Notes: a model not told the origin generated them from the sequence alone. A stretch of DNA of 64,000 nucleotides from Nitrospirota bacterium (GCA_963796125.1 CAWCKM010000045.1:30226-94225); one strand, 5' to 3'; shown: positions 1-10,170, numbered from the stretch's first letter. Numbers and translations: made by a program.

Positions 1-96
1 CGCTCCGGGAAAGATGCGGTCAATATCCAGATATATAACTTCTTCTCCCTTTTCGGGTATTAAGGCGTCAAGACCCTTGCCTAAGGCCGTCTTCAT
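1..96 (-). CDS. parB: Chromosome partitioning protein ParB, first 32 codons only (gene runs off left edge)
   Basis: Reverse-strand ATG at 96-94 reads [32 protein letters not shown], the canonical ParB N-terminus. It overlaps the parA stop as in parAB operons. Confidence 0.7.
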   Translation of the reverse strand, partial: MKTALGKGLDALIPEKGEEVIYLDIDRIFPGA

Positions 97-847
97 TCAA
101 TATCTCCTTTGCCAGGGACAGGTAACTCTGTGCCCCTCTTGATCGTATGTCATATAAGAGCGCTGGTTTCCCGAAACTTGGGGCTTCTCCGAGAGAAACA
201 TTCCTCGGTATTATAGTGTTATAAACTTTATTATTAAAATGTTTTCTGATCTCCTCAGCAACTTCATGGGACAAATTATTCCTTGAGTCATACATGGTGA
301 GCACTATTCCTTCAATCTCAAGTTCAGGGTTAAAAGAACTTCTCACCTTGCGGAGCGTCCTCAATAGCATACTAAGGCCCTCGAGTGCATAATATTCACA
401 TTGTACGGGTATTATTACAGAATCAGCAGCAACGAGGGCGTTTAATGTCAAAAGACCGAGCGAAGGGGGACAGTCTATAAAGATAAAACGGTATTGGTCT
501 TTGATTGAATGTATTGCATTATAGAGAATCTTTTCTCTTCCCTCTTTCGCAACAAGTTCAATCTCTGCGCCCAGGAGGTCTACAGTTGAGGGTAAAATAC
601 TCAGATGCTCCACAGACGTGGTTCTTAAAGTCTCTGTAATATCACACTTGCCTGTGTACACATCATAGAGACTCTTATCGAGATTGTCCCTTGCTATGCC
701 AAGCCCTGAAGTTGAGTTTCCCTGGGGGTCGGTGTCTATGAGCAGAATGTCCTTTTCGGCGAGGGCAATCGATGCAGCAAGGTTAATGGCTGTTGTTGTT
801 TTTCCAACACCACCTTTCTGATTCACTATCGTTATAATCTTCCCCAT
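68..847 (-). CDS. parA: ParA/Soj chromosome partitioning ATPase
   Basis: 259-aa ORF with deviant Walker A ([16 protein letters not shown]) and full-length ParA/Soj-like sequence, followed by parB. Confidence 0.95.
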   Translation of the reverse strand: MGKIITIVNQKGGVGKTTTAINLAASIALAEKDILLIDTDPQGNSTSGLGIARDNLDKSLYDVYTGKCDITETLRTTSVEHLSILPSTVDLLGAEIELVAKEGREKILYNAIHSIKDQYRFIFIDCPPSLGLLTLNALVAADSVIIPVQCEYYALEGLSMLLRTLRKVRSSFNPELEIEGIVLTMYDSRNNLSHEVAEEIRKHFNNKVYNTIIPRNVSLGEAPSFGKPALLYDIRSRGAQSYLSLAKEILNEDGLRQGS

Positions 848-984
848 AGTATTCTTTGGCGGGAACGGAAATAGAGTATTATAACCTAAATGAAGTCACT
901 TTTCATCTCTCGCCGGGACAGGAAATTATTGTTATAAAGGTATGCTATAATTTTTCATCTCAAGAAGAAAGGAGGTAGAAAGCC

Positions 985-1677
985 TTGGTATTCGCTATTA
1001 TCGTAATTATACTGGCGCTTCTGCCAAATCCTGTTCTGGCAGAAGGGAAAGGGGTTGGCACAATGATAAAAAATATCCACTGGCTTGGGCATGATACGTT
1101 TAAACTCGTTGGTGAAAAAGTTATTTATACAGACCCGTTTAAACTGAAAAGGAAAGATACAGCCGATATTGTTTTGATCACTCATGAACATTTTGACCAC
1201 TGTTCTCCCGAAGATGTAAAAAAGATTCAGGGACCAAATACGGTCATTGTTGCGACTTCAGATTGTGCACAAAAACTATCAGGGAAAATAAAAGTTGTTA
1301 GGCCGGGTGACAAGATCAACGTCGAAGGTACTGAGATCGAAGCAGTGCCTGCCTATAACACGAACAAACAATTCCATACGAAAGATAAAGGTTGGGTCGG
1401 GTATATCTTTACTGTTCAGGGACAAAGGATATATATAGCTGGAGACACAGATCATATACCTGAGATGAAAAATTTCAAAGTTGATATAGCACTGCTTCCA
1501 GTTTCAGGTACTTATGTGATGACAGCAGATGAGGCTGTGAGGGCAGCACTTGATATGAAACCAAAGGTGGCAATTCCAATGCATTATGGCTCTATCGTTG
1601 GATCGGAGAAAGATGCAAAGAAGTTTGCTGATAGCCTGAAAGGAAAGATTGAGGTAGTAATTCTCAAAGAAGAATAA
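985..1677 (+). CDS. MBL-fold metal-dependent hydrolase
   Basis: HEHFDH metal-binding motif and beta-lactamase-fold-like sequence. TTG start 9 nt after GGAGG. An alternative ATG at 1063 would remove the signal-like N-terminus. Confidence 0.8.
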   Translation: MVFAIIVIILALLPNPVLAEGKGVGTMIKNIHWLGHDTFKLVGEKVIYTDPFKLKRKDTADIVLITHEHFDHCSPEDVKKIQGPNTVIVATSDCAQKLSGKIKVVRPGDKINVEGTEIEAVPAYNTNKQFHTKDKGWVGYIFTVQGQRIYIAGDTDHIPEMKNFKVDIALLPVSGTYVMTADEAVRAALDMKPKVAIPMHYGSIVGSEKDAKKFADSLKGKIEVVILKEE

Positions 1678-1835
1678 TAGCCGGGAGCTTTCTAAAAACA
1701 TTAGTTGTGAATTCCGCATCTTATATAAGCGGGGAGAGGAAAGGGTGTGCCGCATAAGAATTCTTCATCAGCCCTTCCTTAAAGCAATATTGTTTTCTTA
1801 TATTTCATCTTCTAAGCCTGTATGGTTTTTAAAGT

Positions 1836-2658
1836 ATGAACGACCCAAAAACCAGTTATCAGCTTAAATTTCCTGACCTCTCTGCAGAGGATATAACAGC
1901 AGGAATTAACGGAATTATAGGGAGAGAAATTTTACTCTATGAGACAGTTGATTCTACCAATACACTTGCGTCAGAGCTTGCTGAAGAAGGTGCAACAGAG
2001 GGTACAGTTGTTGTTGCTGATAGCCAGGTCAGGGGTAGAGGGAGGCTCGGTAGATCCTGGGTATCGCCTTCTGGTGTAAATGTATATATGAGCATTGTGC
2101 TAAGACCGGACATGAAACCTAAGGATGCAACGTTACTTACCATTATGGCTTCTGTTGGATGTACTACAGCGCTCAGGAGGGCTACAGGCCTGGATATAAC
2201 AATAAAATGGCCGAATGACCTGATGGTATCAGAGAAAAAGTTAGGAGGAATTCTCACTGAAACAAGAGTTGCGAGCGAGAGAATAGAATACGCAATTACA
2301 GGCATAGGCATTAATGTAAATATGGATTCAGATGCTCTTGCCGGATGCTGTGAAAGAAGTTGCAACATCAATAAAAATGGAGACCGGCAGAGTTTTTTCG
2401 AGAACGGAGATTATTAAAGAAGTCTTAAATGAAATAAACGATTGGTACAATGTCCTCAAAGAAAAAAGACATAGTGAACTCCTTTCCTGCTGGAAGCAGT
2501 TAACATCAACACTTGGCAGAAACGTTGAGATAGTTCTTGACAATGAAACATTACAAGGTATGGCTGAGTCCATAACCGATGAAGGGATGCTTATTGTAAG
2601 ACTTCCATCGGGGGCATCGAGAGTAGTTCATTACGGGGACCTGAGGCTGCTACGATAG
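1836..2658 (+). pseudogene. birA: Biotin-[acetyl-CoA-carboxylase] ligase BirA, one frameshift near 2335-2345
   Basis: ORFs 1836-2417 (GRGRLGRSW, KWPNDL, GIGINVN) and 2332-2658 (BirA C-terminal domain) are the two halves in different frames. Confidence 0.85.
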
Positions 2659-3423
2659 ATGCTACTTGCCTTAGATATAGGTAACTCATTGATAAATATA
2701 GGTTTTTTTAAACATGAGTGTTTTCGTGTTAAAAACCTAGCGACTCATCCGCTCAAGAAACCTGAGGACTATGCTTCTATATTGAGAGAATTTTTACCAG
2801 AAATTTCTGTTGAAAGGACTGCCTTAGGAGTTATAATATCCTCTGTGGTCGAAGGCCATACCGCAGTTCTGGCAGAGGCCTGCAAACAGTTAATGCCAGA
2901 AGACCTTATTATACTAACTTCTGAAATTGTGACAGGCATTGTCTTTGATATACCAAGACCTGAAGAACTGGGTACCGATCGGATTGCGAATGCAGTTGCT
3001 GCAAATGAGCTTTACAAAGGTCCGGTGGCAGTCCTGGATTTTGGAACGGCTACAACAGTCAGTGTTGTCGGAAAGAATGCAAACTATATGGGAGGCGCAA
3101 TAATGCCAGGGGTAGGATTGATGAATGAATCCCTTGCAAGGAGCACCTCGAAATTGTCTGTGGTGAGTCTTAACCAGCCTGGAGCTGCTCTTGGCACTGA
3201 TACGCTTCAGTGTATTCAATCCGGGCTGTTTTATGGTGCTGCAGGTGCTGTGGAAAGACTTCTCCGTGAAATAGAGAAGGAAATTGGTTTTGAACTTAAA
3301 GTCGTAGTAACAGGTGGTTACGGAGGTATGGTTTCAAAATTCCTTTCGAGAGATTATATCCTCAACCAACATCTTACACTTGAGGGGTTAAAGATAATAT
3401 TTATGAGGAACAAGAGTGCATGA
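2659..3423 (+). CDS. coaX: Type III pantothenate kinase
   Basis: MLLALDIGNS N-terminus and ASKHA-fold motifs (GTDR, DFGTATT). Classic birA-coaX adjacency. Confidence 0.9.
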   Translation: MLLALDIGNSLINIGFFKHECFRVKNLATHPLKKPEDYASILREFLPEISVERTALGVIISSVVEGHTAVLAEACKQLMPEDLIILTSEIVTGIVFDIPRPEELGTDRIANAVAANELYKGPVAVLDFGTATTVSVVGKNANYMGGAIMPGVGLMNESLARSTSKLSVVSLNQPGAALGTDTLQCIQSGLFYGAAGAVERLLREIEKEIGFELKVVVTGGYGGMVSKFLSRDYILNQHLTLEGLKIIFMRNKSA

Positions 3424-4435
3424 ACTGAGGAAAGATATTTTGCTCGGTAGATGGATAGAAGTTTTGTCAGAATCTAAGGAACCATCAGGGTACCGTCTCC
3501 CTATAGATGAGGGGTCTGGAGAAAAAAGCTGTGTTCTTTGTACAGGTAGGGAAGCCGAGACTCCACGCGAGATAATGTCTATCAGAAAGGAAGGAACAAT
3601 GCCCAATACACCCGGGTGGTGGGTCAGGGCAATCCCAAGTTTTGACCCTCTCTTCAAGGTGGAAGGGAATTTGGATAGAAGGGGAGTTGGTCTTTATGAT
3701 AGGATGAACAGCGTTGGTGCAAATGAGATGCTCATAGAGTCTCCTGAACATGCTGTGAGGCCTGAAGATATGGGTTTTGACCAGATGGTAAGAGTAATAA
3801 GGCTTTACAGAGACCGCATTACAGACCTTAATAGAGACTTGAGATTGAGATATACGCTGATCTCAAAAAATTCTCGGTTGGATCCCTGGATGACCTTCTC
3901 TCATCCTGTATCTTCTTTAGTGGCAACACCGGTAATCCCCAAGAAAATCAAAGACGAACTTGAGAATGCAAAACAGTATTATGATTATAAAGAAAGGTGT
4001 ATATTTTGTGATATCCTTAGAGAGGAACTGAAGGTTGGAGACCGGGTAATCCTTGAAACGAAAAACTTTCTCTGTTTCTGTCCTTATGCATCTTCGTTCC
4101 CTTTTGAGTCATGGATAATCCCGAAAAAACACAACTGTGACTTTCAGGATATCTCCTGCGAGGAGATAGAGGATATGGGGTTTGTGCTCATGAGCATATT
4201 GAAAAAGTTGAGGGCTGTATTTAAGGGAGAGACACCATTAAGTTACTTTCTCCATACTGCCCCAAACAGGGTGCCAAGAAGGAATCACTGGCATACACTT
4301 GGTGATGATTACCATTGGCATCTTGAGATAGTTCCAAGACTTATAAGGAGGAGTGGGTTTGAATTGGGTTCAGGATTGTTTATCCTGACAACATCGCCTG
4401 AAAAGGCAGCAAAATTTCTAAGGGAGGTAGGATAA
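3416..4435 (+). CDS. Galactose-1-phosphate uridylyltransferase-family (GalT/HIT-like) protein
   Basis: N-terminal CVLCTG and second-half CIFCD cysteine motifs plus a HWHLEIVPR histidine motif, typical of the GalT branch of the HIT superfamily. Confidence 0.65.
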   Translation: MHELRKDILLGRWIEVLSESKEPSGYRLPIDEGSGEKSCVLCTGREAETPREIMSIRKEGTMPNTPGWWVRAIPSFDPLFKVEGNLDRRGVGLYDRMNSVGANEMLIESPEHAVRPEDMGFDQMVRVIRLYRDRITDLNRDLRLRYTLISKNSRLDPWMTFSHPVSSLVATPVIPKKIKDELENAKQYYDYKERCIFCDILREELKVGDRVILETKNFLCFCPYASSFPFESWIIPKKHNCDFQDISCEEIEDMGFVLMSILKKLRAVFKGETPLSYFLHTAPNRVPRRNHWHTLGDDYHWHLEIVPRLIRRSGFELGSGLFILTTSPEKAAKFLREVG

Positions 4436-4890
4436 TGGAGATTAAGAAGATTCTTTTTCCGACAGATTTTTCAGAGGGTTCAGCACATGCTTTGGATTAT
4501 GCCATTGATATGACAAAGCGGTATGGCGCAAAACTCTATCTTGTTCATGTTCTTTACGACATTGGCAAGGCAGCCGGCTGGTATGTACCCCATCCGTCCA
4601 TGGACGAAATGTACAAGGATATCGAAGAGAGCGCCGGAAAAGAACTCGGCAGATTTGCTCTCGAGGAATCGAGAGGTCTTAAGGGTGTAGAACGAATTGT
4701 ACTGAAGGGTGTGCCTCACACAGAAATAGTAAAATTTGCCAAAGAGAATAAGGTAGACCTCATCATTATGGGCACACATGGAAGAAAGGGGATGGGTAGG
4801 ATACTTTTCGGGAGCACTGCATCTCAGGTTGTGCGATATGCACCCTGTCCTGTCCTCGCGGTAAGGCTTCCAGTGTATAAGGAGAAGTAG
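4435..4890 (+). CDS. Universal stress protein (UspA family)
   Basis: 151 aa. KKILFPTDFSE start and C-terminal GTHGRKG...GSTASQVVRYAPCPVL ATP-binding motif. Confidence 0.85.
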   Translation: MEIKKILFPTDFSEGSAHALDYAIDMTKRYGAKLYLVHVLYDIGKAAGWYVPHPSMDEMYKDIEESAGKELGRFALEESRGLKGVERIVLKGVPHTEIVKFAKENKVDLIIMGTHGRKGMGRILFGSTASQVVRYAPCPVLAVRLPVYKEK

Positions 4891-4907
4891 GAAGGAGAAG
4901 TATATCA

Positions 4908-5438
4908 TTGCGCGTATATATTGCAGAGAATGCTTTTATCGACCTCCTGCTGAGCTCGGCTGAGGTATACAAGAAGGAATGTCTTGGCTTCCTCTTAGGG
5001 TATAAACTTGAAGACCGGTTCATTGTTGAGCATGCCTTTACCGTACAAGCTGCCAACAGGAGACATAAAGCAGTTGTTTATAACAGAAGGAACCACAAAA
5101 GAATAGAGCCAATACTTGCAAGGTTCGATAAGTTACAGATAATAGGGGATTTTCATTCCCATACACAGTTTCGTCTCGTAAAGGGGCTGCCAATACCGAG
5201 TCCGGAAGATATTAAGGAGATGCTACCTGGCCAGGTATACCTGATTGTTGCGATCAACAACAACCAGAAGACTATGTCATGGGGCGAAAATCGAGATGGA
5301 ACAATCTCAGGCTCTGTAAATGAGTTCTTTTTTAAAATATCTGCTTATTTCCTGAACAGCAATAACGGTAATGGTAATACCTCGGCAAAAAGAGCAAAGA
5401 TACACTGTCCGTTCCCACCAGGGTTCCGAATGCAATAA
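4908..5438 (+). CDS. JAB/MPN (JAMM) metalloprotease-domain protein
   Basis: Conserved Glu (KKECLGFLLG) and HSH...SPED JAMM-type motif. The C-terminal ~40 aa are low complexity, so the true end is uncertain. Confidence 0.6.
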   Translation: MRVYIAENAFIDLLLSSAEVYKKECLGFLLGYKLEDRFIVEHAFTVQAANRRHKAVVYNRRNHKRIEPILARFDKLQIIGDFHSHTQFRLVKGLPIPSPEDIKEMLPGQVYLIVAINNNQKTMSWGENRDGTISGSVNEFFFKISAYFLNSNNGNGNTSAKRAKIHCPFPPGFRMQ

Positions 5439-5748
5439 ATGAAAGGGGAGTTGGAGATGGGACAAGAAAGAGTTCTTGCTGCCCGGTCTCCTATCCCCTT
5501 TTTGTCTAACCCGGTCCGAATAATGCAGACATTGTTCAAAAATTTATTTAACTCGATAAGATTATTGAGAGTATCTTTACTTGTTATATTCACTAAAATA
5601 TTCCAAGGGTCATCAATTGAAAGTAGACTACGGTATCGAAAAATAAATTTTTTCACAACCTCTGCATTATATAAATTGCATTTTTCGGGTTAACTCAAAC
5701 AAACGTGCTGTCCATTTCTTCTCATAATTCCATGATGGTCATAATAGA

Positions 5749-6843
5749 ATGAAGCTCAGTGCCAAAGTGCTCGTAGTGGGCGGAGGCCCGGCAGGTGCCA
5801 TAGGGGCAAAAACCCTTGCTGAATGGGGGGTTGAGGTTATTCTGCTTGAAAGGAACTTTTTATTTGAGAAGCCATGTGGAGGAGGAATCCCGCTGAGTGC
5901 CTTTGACGAATTTGGTATTACGAAAGGAGTGATTAAAAGAGAGGTAAAGAATATCAGAATAATATCCCCTATCGGAGAAAAGATCGACATAGCGTTAAGT
6001 GGTGGAAGCCTTGGTATTGTTGCAAGGGGAGAGTTTGACAGAGTACTGAGGAATGACGCAGAGAAAAAAGGTGTTCAGGTTATTGAAGGTGAATTTACAG
6101 GGATTACAACAGGTTACAAAGAACACAGAGCCGAAGCTATTATTAGAGGCATTAAGACTGAGATAACGGCCGAGTATGTTATTGCTGCAGACGGAGTAAA
6201 CTCACGGGTCAGGTCTGCTCTTGGATTAAGACCACCTAAAACCCTTGTTACTTTTTCTGAAAAATTAAAAGGAATGGATACTGAGTGCTGTGAGTTCTGG
6301 TTTGGCGCATCCCATGCGCCAGGCTCTTATTCATGGGTGTTTCCTGCACCAGAAGGGATTTCTTCAGGCACAGGGAGTTCTGAACCCGGGAAGATACTTG
6401 CCTTATATAAAGTTTTTCGGGAGAAGCGAGGAATAACTCTGGAAGGAAGAAAGCGGGTATATAAAATACCAATATGGGAAGGAGATTTATATAATAAAAA
6501 TAATATTATCTTTGCAGGAGATTCAGCAGGTCAGGTTTTGCCCCTCAATTATGAGGGAATCTACTATGCAATGAAGGCTGGAGTGTTTGCTGCAAGGGCG
6601 ATAATAGAGGGAAGGACAAGTAATTATAAGAAGATGTGGAAGTATAGCTTTCAGAAGAAGTTTTCCCTTATGGACAGGCTGAGAAAGTATTTCTTAAGAG
6701 ATGATATTGCCATGGAAAAACTTGTTGCCCTGCACAGAAGGCCAGAGGTTCAGGAGGCATCCATGAGACTCTGGCTGAGGAAAGATAGTGGCAGAGAAGG
6801 CTTACAGGGCTATATAAAGCTCTTCTGGAAATTCTTATGCTGA
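5749..6843 (+). CDS. Geranylgeranyl reductase family FAD-dependent oxidoreductase
   Basis: VLVVGGGPAGA dinucleotide-binding motif, KPCGGGIP and GDSAGQV motifs typical of the family. Confidence 0.8.
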   Translation: MKLSAKVLVVGGGPAGAIGAKTLAEWGVEVILLERNFLFEKPCGGGIPLSAFDEFGITKGVIKREVKNIRIISPIGEKIDIALSGGSLGIVARGEFDRVLRNDAEKKGVQVIEGEFTGITTGYKEHRAEAIIRGIKTEITAEYVIAADGVNSRVRSALGLRPPKTLVTFSEKLKGMDTECCEFWFGASHAPGSYSWVFPAPEGISSGTGSSEPGKILALYKVFREKRGITLEGRKRVYKIPIWEGDLYNKNNIIFAGDSAGQVLPLNYEGIYYAMKAGVFAARAIIEGRTSNYKKMWKYSFQKKFSLMDRLRKYFLRDDIAMEKLVALHRRPEVQEASMRLWLRKDSGREGLQGYIKLFWKFLC

Positions 6844-7652
6844 CGATAAGGAGATTTTTTGCCTATTCTATAGTATTACATATCATTTTCTTTCTTATTG
6901 CTTTTTCAATTATTTTCCCTGTTCAGGATAAAAAGAGAGAAGAGTTTTTTGCGAAGCTTGTATCCCCTGAAGAGTTTCTCCCTCCTGCACCTCCGTCTGC
7001 TGTCCTGAAAGCAAGACCTGCCCTGCCAGCGAAGCCTAAGACTGCTCAACCAAAGAGTTCTGTGCCTAAGCCTGAGTTGCAGAAAGGCAAGCAAACTGTC
7101 CCAGGCACAGGGTTCTCTACTTCTCGACCCTTGTTATCTCCTGCTGCTCCTATACTTCCAGACAAAGGCCTGGAAAAGGGAACTGATATCGGCAGTTCTG
7201 AAGTCAAAGGGAACACACAGGTACCAAATATACCGATTCCTTCCACAAAAGAGAAACTTTTTGACAGGGATGTCATCGGGGACATAGCAAAGAGAGAAGC
7301 CAAGAAGGAAGAGAAAGAGCAGACATTTTCCTTTGATGTGAAAGAGATGCGTTATTTAACGTATCTGAGAAGATTGAAGGAAAGGATAGAGGGCATCTGG
7401 ATTTATCCACCTGATGCGGCAGCAAAAGGTATATATGGAGACTTACTTATAAAATTCACGATTAAGAAGAATGGCAAATTGGGATCTGTTGAACTTGTCA
7501 GAACATCAGGATATAAAACCCTCGATGATGCCGCTTTGAGAGCACTAAGGAATGCAGAGCCATTCTGGCCATTACCTGATGAATGGGGCATGGAAGCCTA
7601 TACAATACAGGGCCATTTTATTTATACTATCTATGGTTACTATGTAAGATAA
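6837..7652 (+). CDS. TonB-family energy transducer
   Basis: N-terminal TM helix, Pro/Lys-rich spacer and a C-terminal TonB domain (GDLLIKFTIKKNGKLGSVELVRTSGYKTLDDAALRAL). Confidence 0.75.
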   Translation: MLTIRRFFAYSIVLHIIFFLIAFSIIFPVQDKKREEFFAKLVSPEEFLPPAPPSAVLKARPALPAKPKTAQPKSSVPKPELQKGKQTVPGTGFSTSRPLLSPAAPILPDKGLEKGTDIGSSEVKGNTQVPNIPIPSTKEKLFDRDVIGDIAKREAKKEEKEQTFSFDVKEMRYLTYLRRLKERIEGIWIYPPDAAAKGIYGDLLIKFTIKKNGKLGSVELVRTSGYKTLDDAALRALRNAEPFWPLPDEWGMEAYTIQGHFIYTIYGYYVR

Positions 7653-7709
7653 GTCGTTGAAAAAACTCTGAATTATTACAATTAAGTGGTTTGAAATGAG
7701 AGTATATTT

Positions 7710-7931
7710 GTGAGACCAAGACTGTATCTTCGCGTAGGTGATACAGTAAGACATCTTCATTATTCTGGATGGGGCAATGGGGAGGTCATAGAGGAGAAAC
7801 ATTCAGATCTTCCCGGTGGTCTATGCCTTGTAAGGGTCTTATTTGAGGACGGGATAGAGAGGGCCTTTATTAATGACCTGAATAATCATTGCTGCTGTTT
7901 TTATGCAGGGCTGAGATTAAGCGGGCAATAA
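7710..7931 (+). CDS. Small hypothetical protein (possibly DUF3553-like)
   Basis: 73-aa ORF with a GDTVRH...GWGNGEV motif reminiscent of DUF3553. Weak support. Confidence 0.3.
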   Translation: MRPRLYLRVGDTVRHLHYSGWGNGEVIEEKHSDLPGGLCLVRVLFEDGIERAFINDLNNHCCCFYAGLRLSGQ

Positions 7932-8030
7932 CTACTTTCTTCAGGATTTTCCCAGGCAAGGGGAAATGAGTATAAAATAGGCTGCCTTGAGTTAATCAAA
8001 TAAGACTGTATATTCTACGTAGAGGATTAA

Positions 8031-8525
8031 ATGGAAAAGAAGAAAGGTAATGAGTCTTACTATGACACTTTTGAAAGCCCATTAGGAACGCTCTACCTCG
8101 TTTTTGCCGGGAAAATCCTCATAGGAATTGCATTTAAAAGACCTACCGAAGTAATTCGTAAAGGAGAGGCGCCTTCTCTGATAAAGAAAGAGCTCAGGGA
8201 ATATTTTGAAAACGGCAGGCAAGCGTTTACGCAGAAGATAGATTTTGCGAAAGGTACAGGATTCGATAGGAATGTCTGGCTTGCCCTCAAAGAAGTGCCG
8301 TATGGAGAGACAAGGACTTATAAGTGGCTTGCTGAAAAGCTTGGCAACCCAGCCGCCAGCAGGGCGGTTGGCCAGGCTCTCAGCAGAAATCCGATACCTA
8401 TTCTCCTTCCCTGCCACCGAATTATTGAATCTGACGGCTCAATCGGTGGATATTCTGCCGGCAGTGATATCAAAAGGAGACTCCTTGAGATTGAATACTA
8501 CATGAAGCTGGCAAAGAAGGAGTAA
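8031..8525 (+). CDS. ogt: Methylated-DNA-protein-cysteine methyltransferase
   Basis: Active-site PCHRII motif and the surrounding MGMT DNA-binding domain. Confidence 0.9.
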   Translation: MEKKKGNESYYDTFESPLGTLYLVFAGKILIGIAFKRPTEVIRKGEAPSLIKKELREYFENGRQAFTQKIDFAKGTGFDRNVWLALKEVPYGETRTYKWLAEKLGNPAASRAVGQALSRNPIPILLPCHRIIESDGSIGGYSAGSDIKRRLLEIEYYMKLAKKE

Positions 8526-8588
8526 GCCGACTGAATGTTTACCAAAAAAGGACTTGCATAATTCTTTGATTCTGGTAATATTAAACCC

Positions 8589-8840
8589 ATGGAAGTAAAG
8601 GTTGGCACTGTTTCCCATGTATTTAAGAAAATAGGGGTGGCAGTTTTAGACCTTTCAGAACCCCTTCAGGCCGGGGACACCATCCATATCACCGGACAAC
8701 AAACTGATCTTACCCAAAAAGTCGAATCTATGCAGGTCGAGCACCAGAATGTTCAAAGAGCAGAAGTGGGTCAATGCGTTGGATTGAAGGTAAGCGGCGA
8801 GGTTAGAGAACACGACCTTGTCTGTAAGGTGGTTGACTGA
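8589..8840 (+). CDS. Small EF-Tu-domain-2-like beta-barrel protein
   Basis: 83-aa ORF resembling translation-factor domain II. TTGCAT-16-TAATAT promoter-like hexamers at 8554-8581. Confidence 0.45.
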   Translation: MEVKVGTVSHVFKKIGVAVLDLSEPLQAGDTIHITGQQTDLTQKVESMQVEHQNVQRAEVGQCVGLKVSGEVREHDLVCKVVD

Positions 8841-8895
8841 CAGACATTAGAGCCAAACTGCCCATTCTGATTTAGTGCCCTACATTTCTTTACGT

Positions 8896-8998
8896 TGTCA
8901 TTCCTGCGAAAGCAGGAATCCACGCCCCCTAACCCCCTTACTAAGGGGGGGCTGTAGGGGGATGAATCCCTGGATTCCGTGTCAAGCACGGAATGACA
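8896..8998. repeat. Nested-hairpin palindromic element (MITE/REP-like), 103 bp
   Basis: Outer inverted repeat TGTCATTC...GAATGACA. Inner hairpins ATTCCTGC-GAAA-GCAGGAAT and ATTCCGTG-TCAAG-CACGGAAT. Central C5/G5 hairpin module. Related copy at 57276-57339. Confidence 0.85.
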
Positions 8999-9015
8999 TT
9001 CATGGGAGGATATTA

Positions 9016-9330
9016 TTGGATGAGATTGTCGTCTTCATAACCGCTTCAGATGAAGAAGAAGCATCAAAAATAGCCAGAGCGCTTGTTGAAGAGAGGCTTG
9101 CAGGCTGTGTAAACATTATCAAAGACATCCGTTCCATCTATAGCTGGCAGGGGAAAATTGAGGATGAAAAGGAAGTTTTTATGGTTGTTAAGACCCAGAA
9201 GCCCCTCTTTGATTCCCTCATGAAAAGAGTAAAAGAATTGCATAGTTACACCGTCCCTGAGATAATCGCCCTTCCAATAATCCAGGGCTCAGAAGACTAC
9301 CTGAAATGGCTTAAAGAGGTTACAGAATAA
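9016..9330 (+). CDS. cutA: Divalent-cation tolerance protein CutA
   Basis: IVVFITAS...AGCVNI...SIYSWQGKIE...KT match CutA1. Start moved to the TTG at 9016 (GGGAGGA RBS at 9004-9010). The ORF-track N-terminus is translated repeat. Confidence 0.85.
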   Translation: MDEIVVFITASDEEEASKIARALVEERLAGCVNIIKDIRSIYSWQGKIEDEKEVFMVVKTQKPLFDSLMKRVKELHSYTVPEIIALPIIQGSEDYLKWLKEVTE

Positions 9331-9340
9331 GGATTTTCTC

Positions 9341-9364
9341 AAAATGTTCCACGTGGAACATTTT
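9341..9364. repeat. 24-bp perfect palindrome with core TGTTCCACGTGGAACA, possible bidirectional terminator
   Basis: AAAATGTTCCAC|GTGGAACATTTT sits between the convergent cutA and ccdA. Confidence 0.8.
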
Positions 9365-9413
9365 ATTATGTTTACCGTCTTTGCTTTGGGAGACAAAATG
9401 CCCTCATCGAGCT

Positions 9414-9433
9414 ATTGTTCCACGTGGAACAAT
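9414..9433. repeat. 20-bp perfect palindrome, second copy of the TGTTCCACGTGGAACA core
   Basis: ATTGTTCCAC|GTGGAACAAT lies 70 nt from the first copy and just downstream of the ccdA stop. Confidence 0.8.
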
Positions 9434-9442
9434 TTGAGGAAA

Positions 9443-10170
9443 TCATCGGAAGGGGATATTGAAATCAGGGAAAAGTCTTGATATCTCACGTACTTTATTA
9501 CTGAGGAGCATGATTCCAAATATAATGAGGAGCAGGCCGCTTGAAAGCATGATTACCCGCATGAACCTGTAAAGTACTTTGGAATAGCTAAGAAAGGTAT
9601 TTAAGGCGAGGGAAGACAGGAAGAAGGGCAGGCCAAGGCCAAGGGAATAAACGGATAGAAGCTTGAGACCATAGGAGGTTGACCCTTCTGATGCTGCATA
9701 AAGGAGTATTGTTCCCAGTATAGGCCCTATACAGGGCGACCAGGCAGCAGCAAAGGTCATTCCGACAAGGAAAGAGCCTAAGTATCCTGCTGGTTTCCCA
9801 TGGAGATGGAGTCTTTTCTCTTTGAGGAAAAGATCAAGCTTTGATAATGCCTGAAATAAAAAGACCAAAGATTATTACGAGGATTCCGCCGACTATCCTT
9901 ATCCATTCCTGATACTTATAAAGAAGCTGCCCGAAAAAAGAAGAGGAAGCGCCCAGGGAGATAAAGACTGCTGAGAACCCGGCTACAAAGGCAAGAGAGT
10001 TCGTTATGGTGAGGAATCTTACCCTTTTTCTGTCTTTCTCGGAAGTAAGCTGTTCAAAAGATATCCCTGTAATAAAAGAAACATAAGATGGTAAGAAGAG
10101 GAAGGACACAAGGGGAGAGAAAGGATAAGATACCAGCAAGAAAGGCCATCGGAATGCTTATGTCTTTCAT
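9443..10170 (-). pseudogene. ccdA: Cytochrome c biogenesis protein CcdA (DsbD TM domain), two frameshifts
   Basis: Three frames carry consecutive CcdA segments: MKDISIPMAFLAGILSFLSPCVLPL (ATG at 10170), LPSYVSFITGIS... (9834-10139) and ...WSPCIGPILG... (9443-9868). Confidence 0.8.

Noticed and set aside
5345-5693. ORFs 5345-5656 (-) and 5439-5693 (+) downstream of the JAB gene
   Set aside because: They overlap each other and the low-complexity tail of the JAB ORF. I see no recognisable motif, RBS or family, so I left them unannotated rather than guess.
8875-9015. N-terminal 47 codons of the cutA ORF (MPYISLRCHSCESRNPRPLTPLLRGGCRG...)
   Set aside because: This is a translation of the nested-hairpin repeat. 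CutA similarity starts only at ~9020, and a TTG with a good RBS is available at 9016.
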